A stretch of 63,629 nucleotides of DNA, filler included, from Octopus bimaculoides (taxonomy: Eukaryota), in assembly GCF_001194135.2 (NCBI RefSeq). It is 7 parts of 7 records of this genome, joined end to end, with 100 filler letters (N's around TTAATTAATTAA, not from the genome) between each part and the next. Parts side by side here need not be neighbours in the genome. Positions count along the whole stretch, not along the records: positions 62,511 to 63,629 come from NW_026298769.1; 6 more parts are not named here. One strand, written 5' to 3'. Below are positions 62,511 through 63,629 of the stretch, piece by piece (the first letter of the stretch is position 1; every line of letters begins with the position of its first letter). The notes under the pieces were generated by a model. That model worked only from the letters and a program-made list of their open reading frames with translations. It did no database searches and had not been told where the DNA came from. A program made the translations under genes and the position numbers.

Positions 62511-63629
62511 GAACGAACGAACGAACGTACGAACGTACGTATGTACGGAAGTACGAACGAACGTACGAACGTACGAACGAAGGTACGAACGAACGAACGA
62601 TCGAACGAACGAACGAACGTACGTACGTACGTAAGAACGAACGAACGAACCTACGTACGTAAGGTCGTACGTTCGTTCGTTCNNNNNNNNNNCGAACGAA
62701 CGAACCTACGTACGTAAGGTCGTACGTTCGTTCGTTCGTTCGTACGTACGTACGCAAGTACGAACGAACGACCGAACGAACGAACGAACGTGCGTACGTA
62801 AGACCGAACGTACGAACGAACGTACGAACGAACGAACGTACGAACGAACGAACGAACGATCGAACGAACAAACGAACGAACGAACGTTCATACGTACGTA
62901 AGAACGAACGAACGAACGAACGAACGTACGTACTAAGAACGAACGACTGAACGAAGGAACGAACGAACGTACGTACGTAAGAACGAACGAAGGAACGAAG
63001 GAACGAAGGAACGAACTACCGTACGTACGTACGTAAGATCGAACGAACGAGTGAACGTAAGAGCGAACGAACGTACGTACGTACGTAAGAACGAACGAAC
63101 GAATGTAAGGACGTACGTAAGAACGAACGAACGAACGAACGANNNNNNNNNNNNNNNNNNNNNNNNNNNNNNNNNNNGGAACGAACTACCGTACGTACGT
63201 ACGTAAGATCGAACGAACGAGTGAACGTAAGAGCGAACGAACGTACGTACGTACGTAAGAACGAACGAACGAATGTAAGGACGTACGTAAGAACGAACGA
63301 ACGAACGAACGAACGAATAAATGTACGTTCGTAAGAACGAATAAATGTACGTTCGTAAGAACGAATATACGTTCGTAAGAACGAATGAACGAACGAACGA
63401 ATGAAGGAACGTACGTACGTGATCACGAACGAACTAACGAACGAACGACCGAACGAACGAACGTACGTACGTACGTTAGAACGACGAACGAACGATCGAA
63501 CGTCCGAACGAACGAACGAACGAACAAACGAACGAACGAACGTACGTACGAACGAACGAAGGTACGAACAAACGAACGCCAGAACGAACGAACAAACGTA
63601 CGTACGTAAGAAGGAACGAACGTACGTAC
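62511..63629. repeat. CpG-rich complex tetranucleotide satellite (ACGA/ACGT/AAGA/AGGA monomers)
   Basis: 4-nt periodicity across the whole segment, running to the window end. Confidence 0.95.

Noticed and set aside
62638-63312. Exact duplications (about 45 bp around the gap at 62683; 135 bp at 63008 and 63178) as higher-order repeats
   Set aside because: Each pair straddles an N gap and is most simply assembly overlap. True higher-order structure needs long reads.

Overview
AT-rich, microsatellite- and transposon-dense eukaryotic DNA. The SINE, RTE and Penelope-like repeat repertoire looks like an octopus genome (inference, not verified). The window is not one contig: six identical 100-bp synthetic linkers (44 N + TTAATTAATTAA + 44 N) join seven segments, A 1-5180, B 5281-37176, C 37277-41208, D 41309-51203, E 51304-60283, F 60384-62410 and G 62511-63629. 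Segment A holds four + strand exons of a two-pore channel 3 (TPC3) gene covering domain II S4-S5 linker to S6 and tail start. One of its introns (3580-3859) is a clear U12-type AT-AC minor-spliceosome intron. Segment B holds five + strand exons of an SLC5 sodium/glucose cotransporter (SGLT-like), equivalent to human SLC5A1 exons 7, 8, 9, 10+11 (fused) and 12. I found no other SLC5 or TPC3 exons in the window. The rest is mobile DNA: RTE, R4/Dong and Penelope-like fragments, Gypsy gag, Tc1, mariner, hAT, piggyBac and Helitron derivatives, and tRNA-SINEs. Less ordinary items are an apparently ORF1-only LINE derivative, an 80-bp intronic hairpin 55 nt from a splice donor, a 220-bp LTR+PBS insertion with a perfect TSD, and a CpG-dense tetranucleotide satellite. 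Transposon boundaries are approximate unless TIRs or TSDs are quoted.
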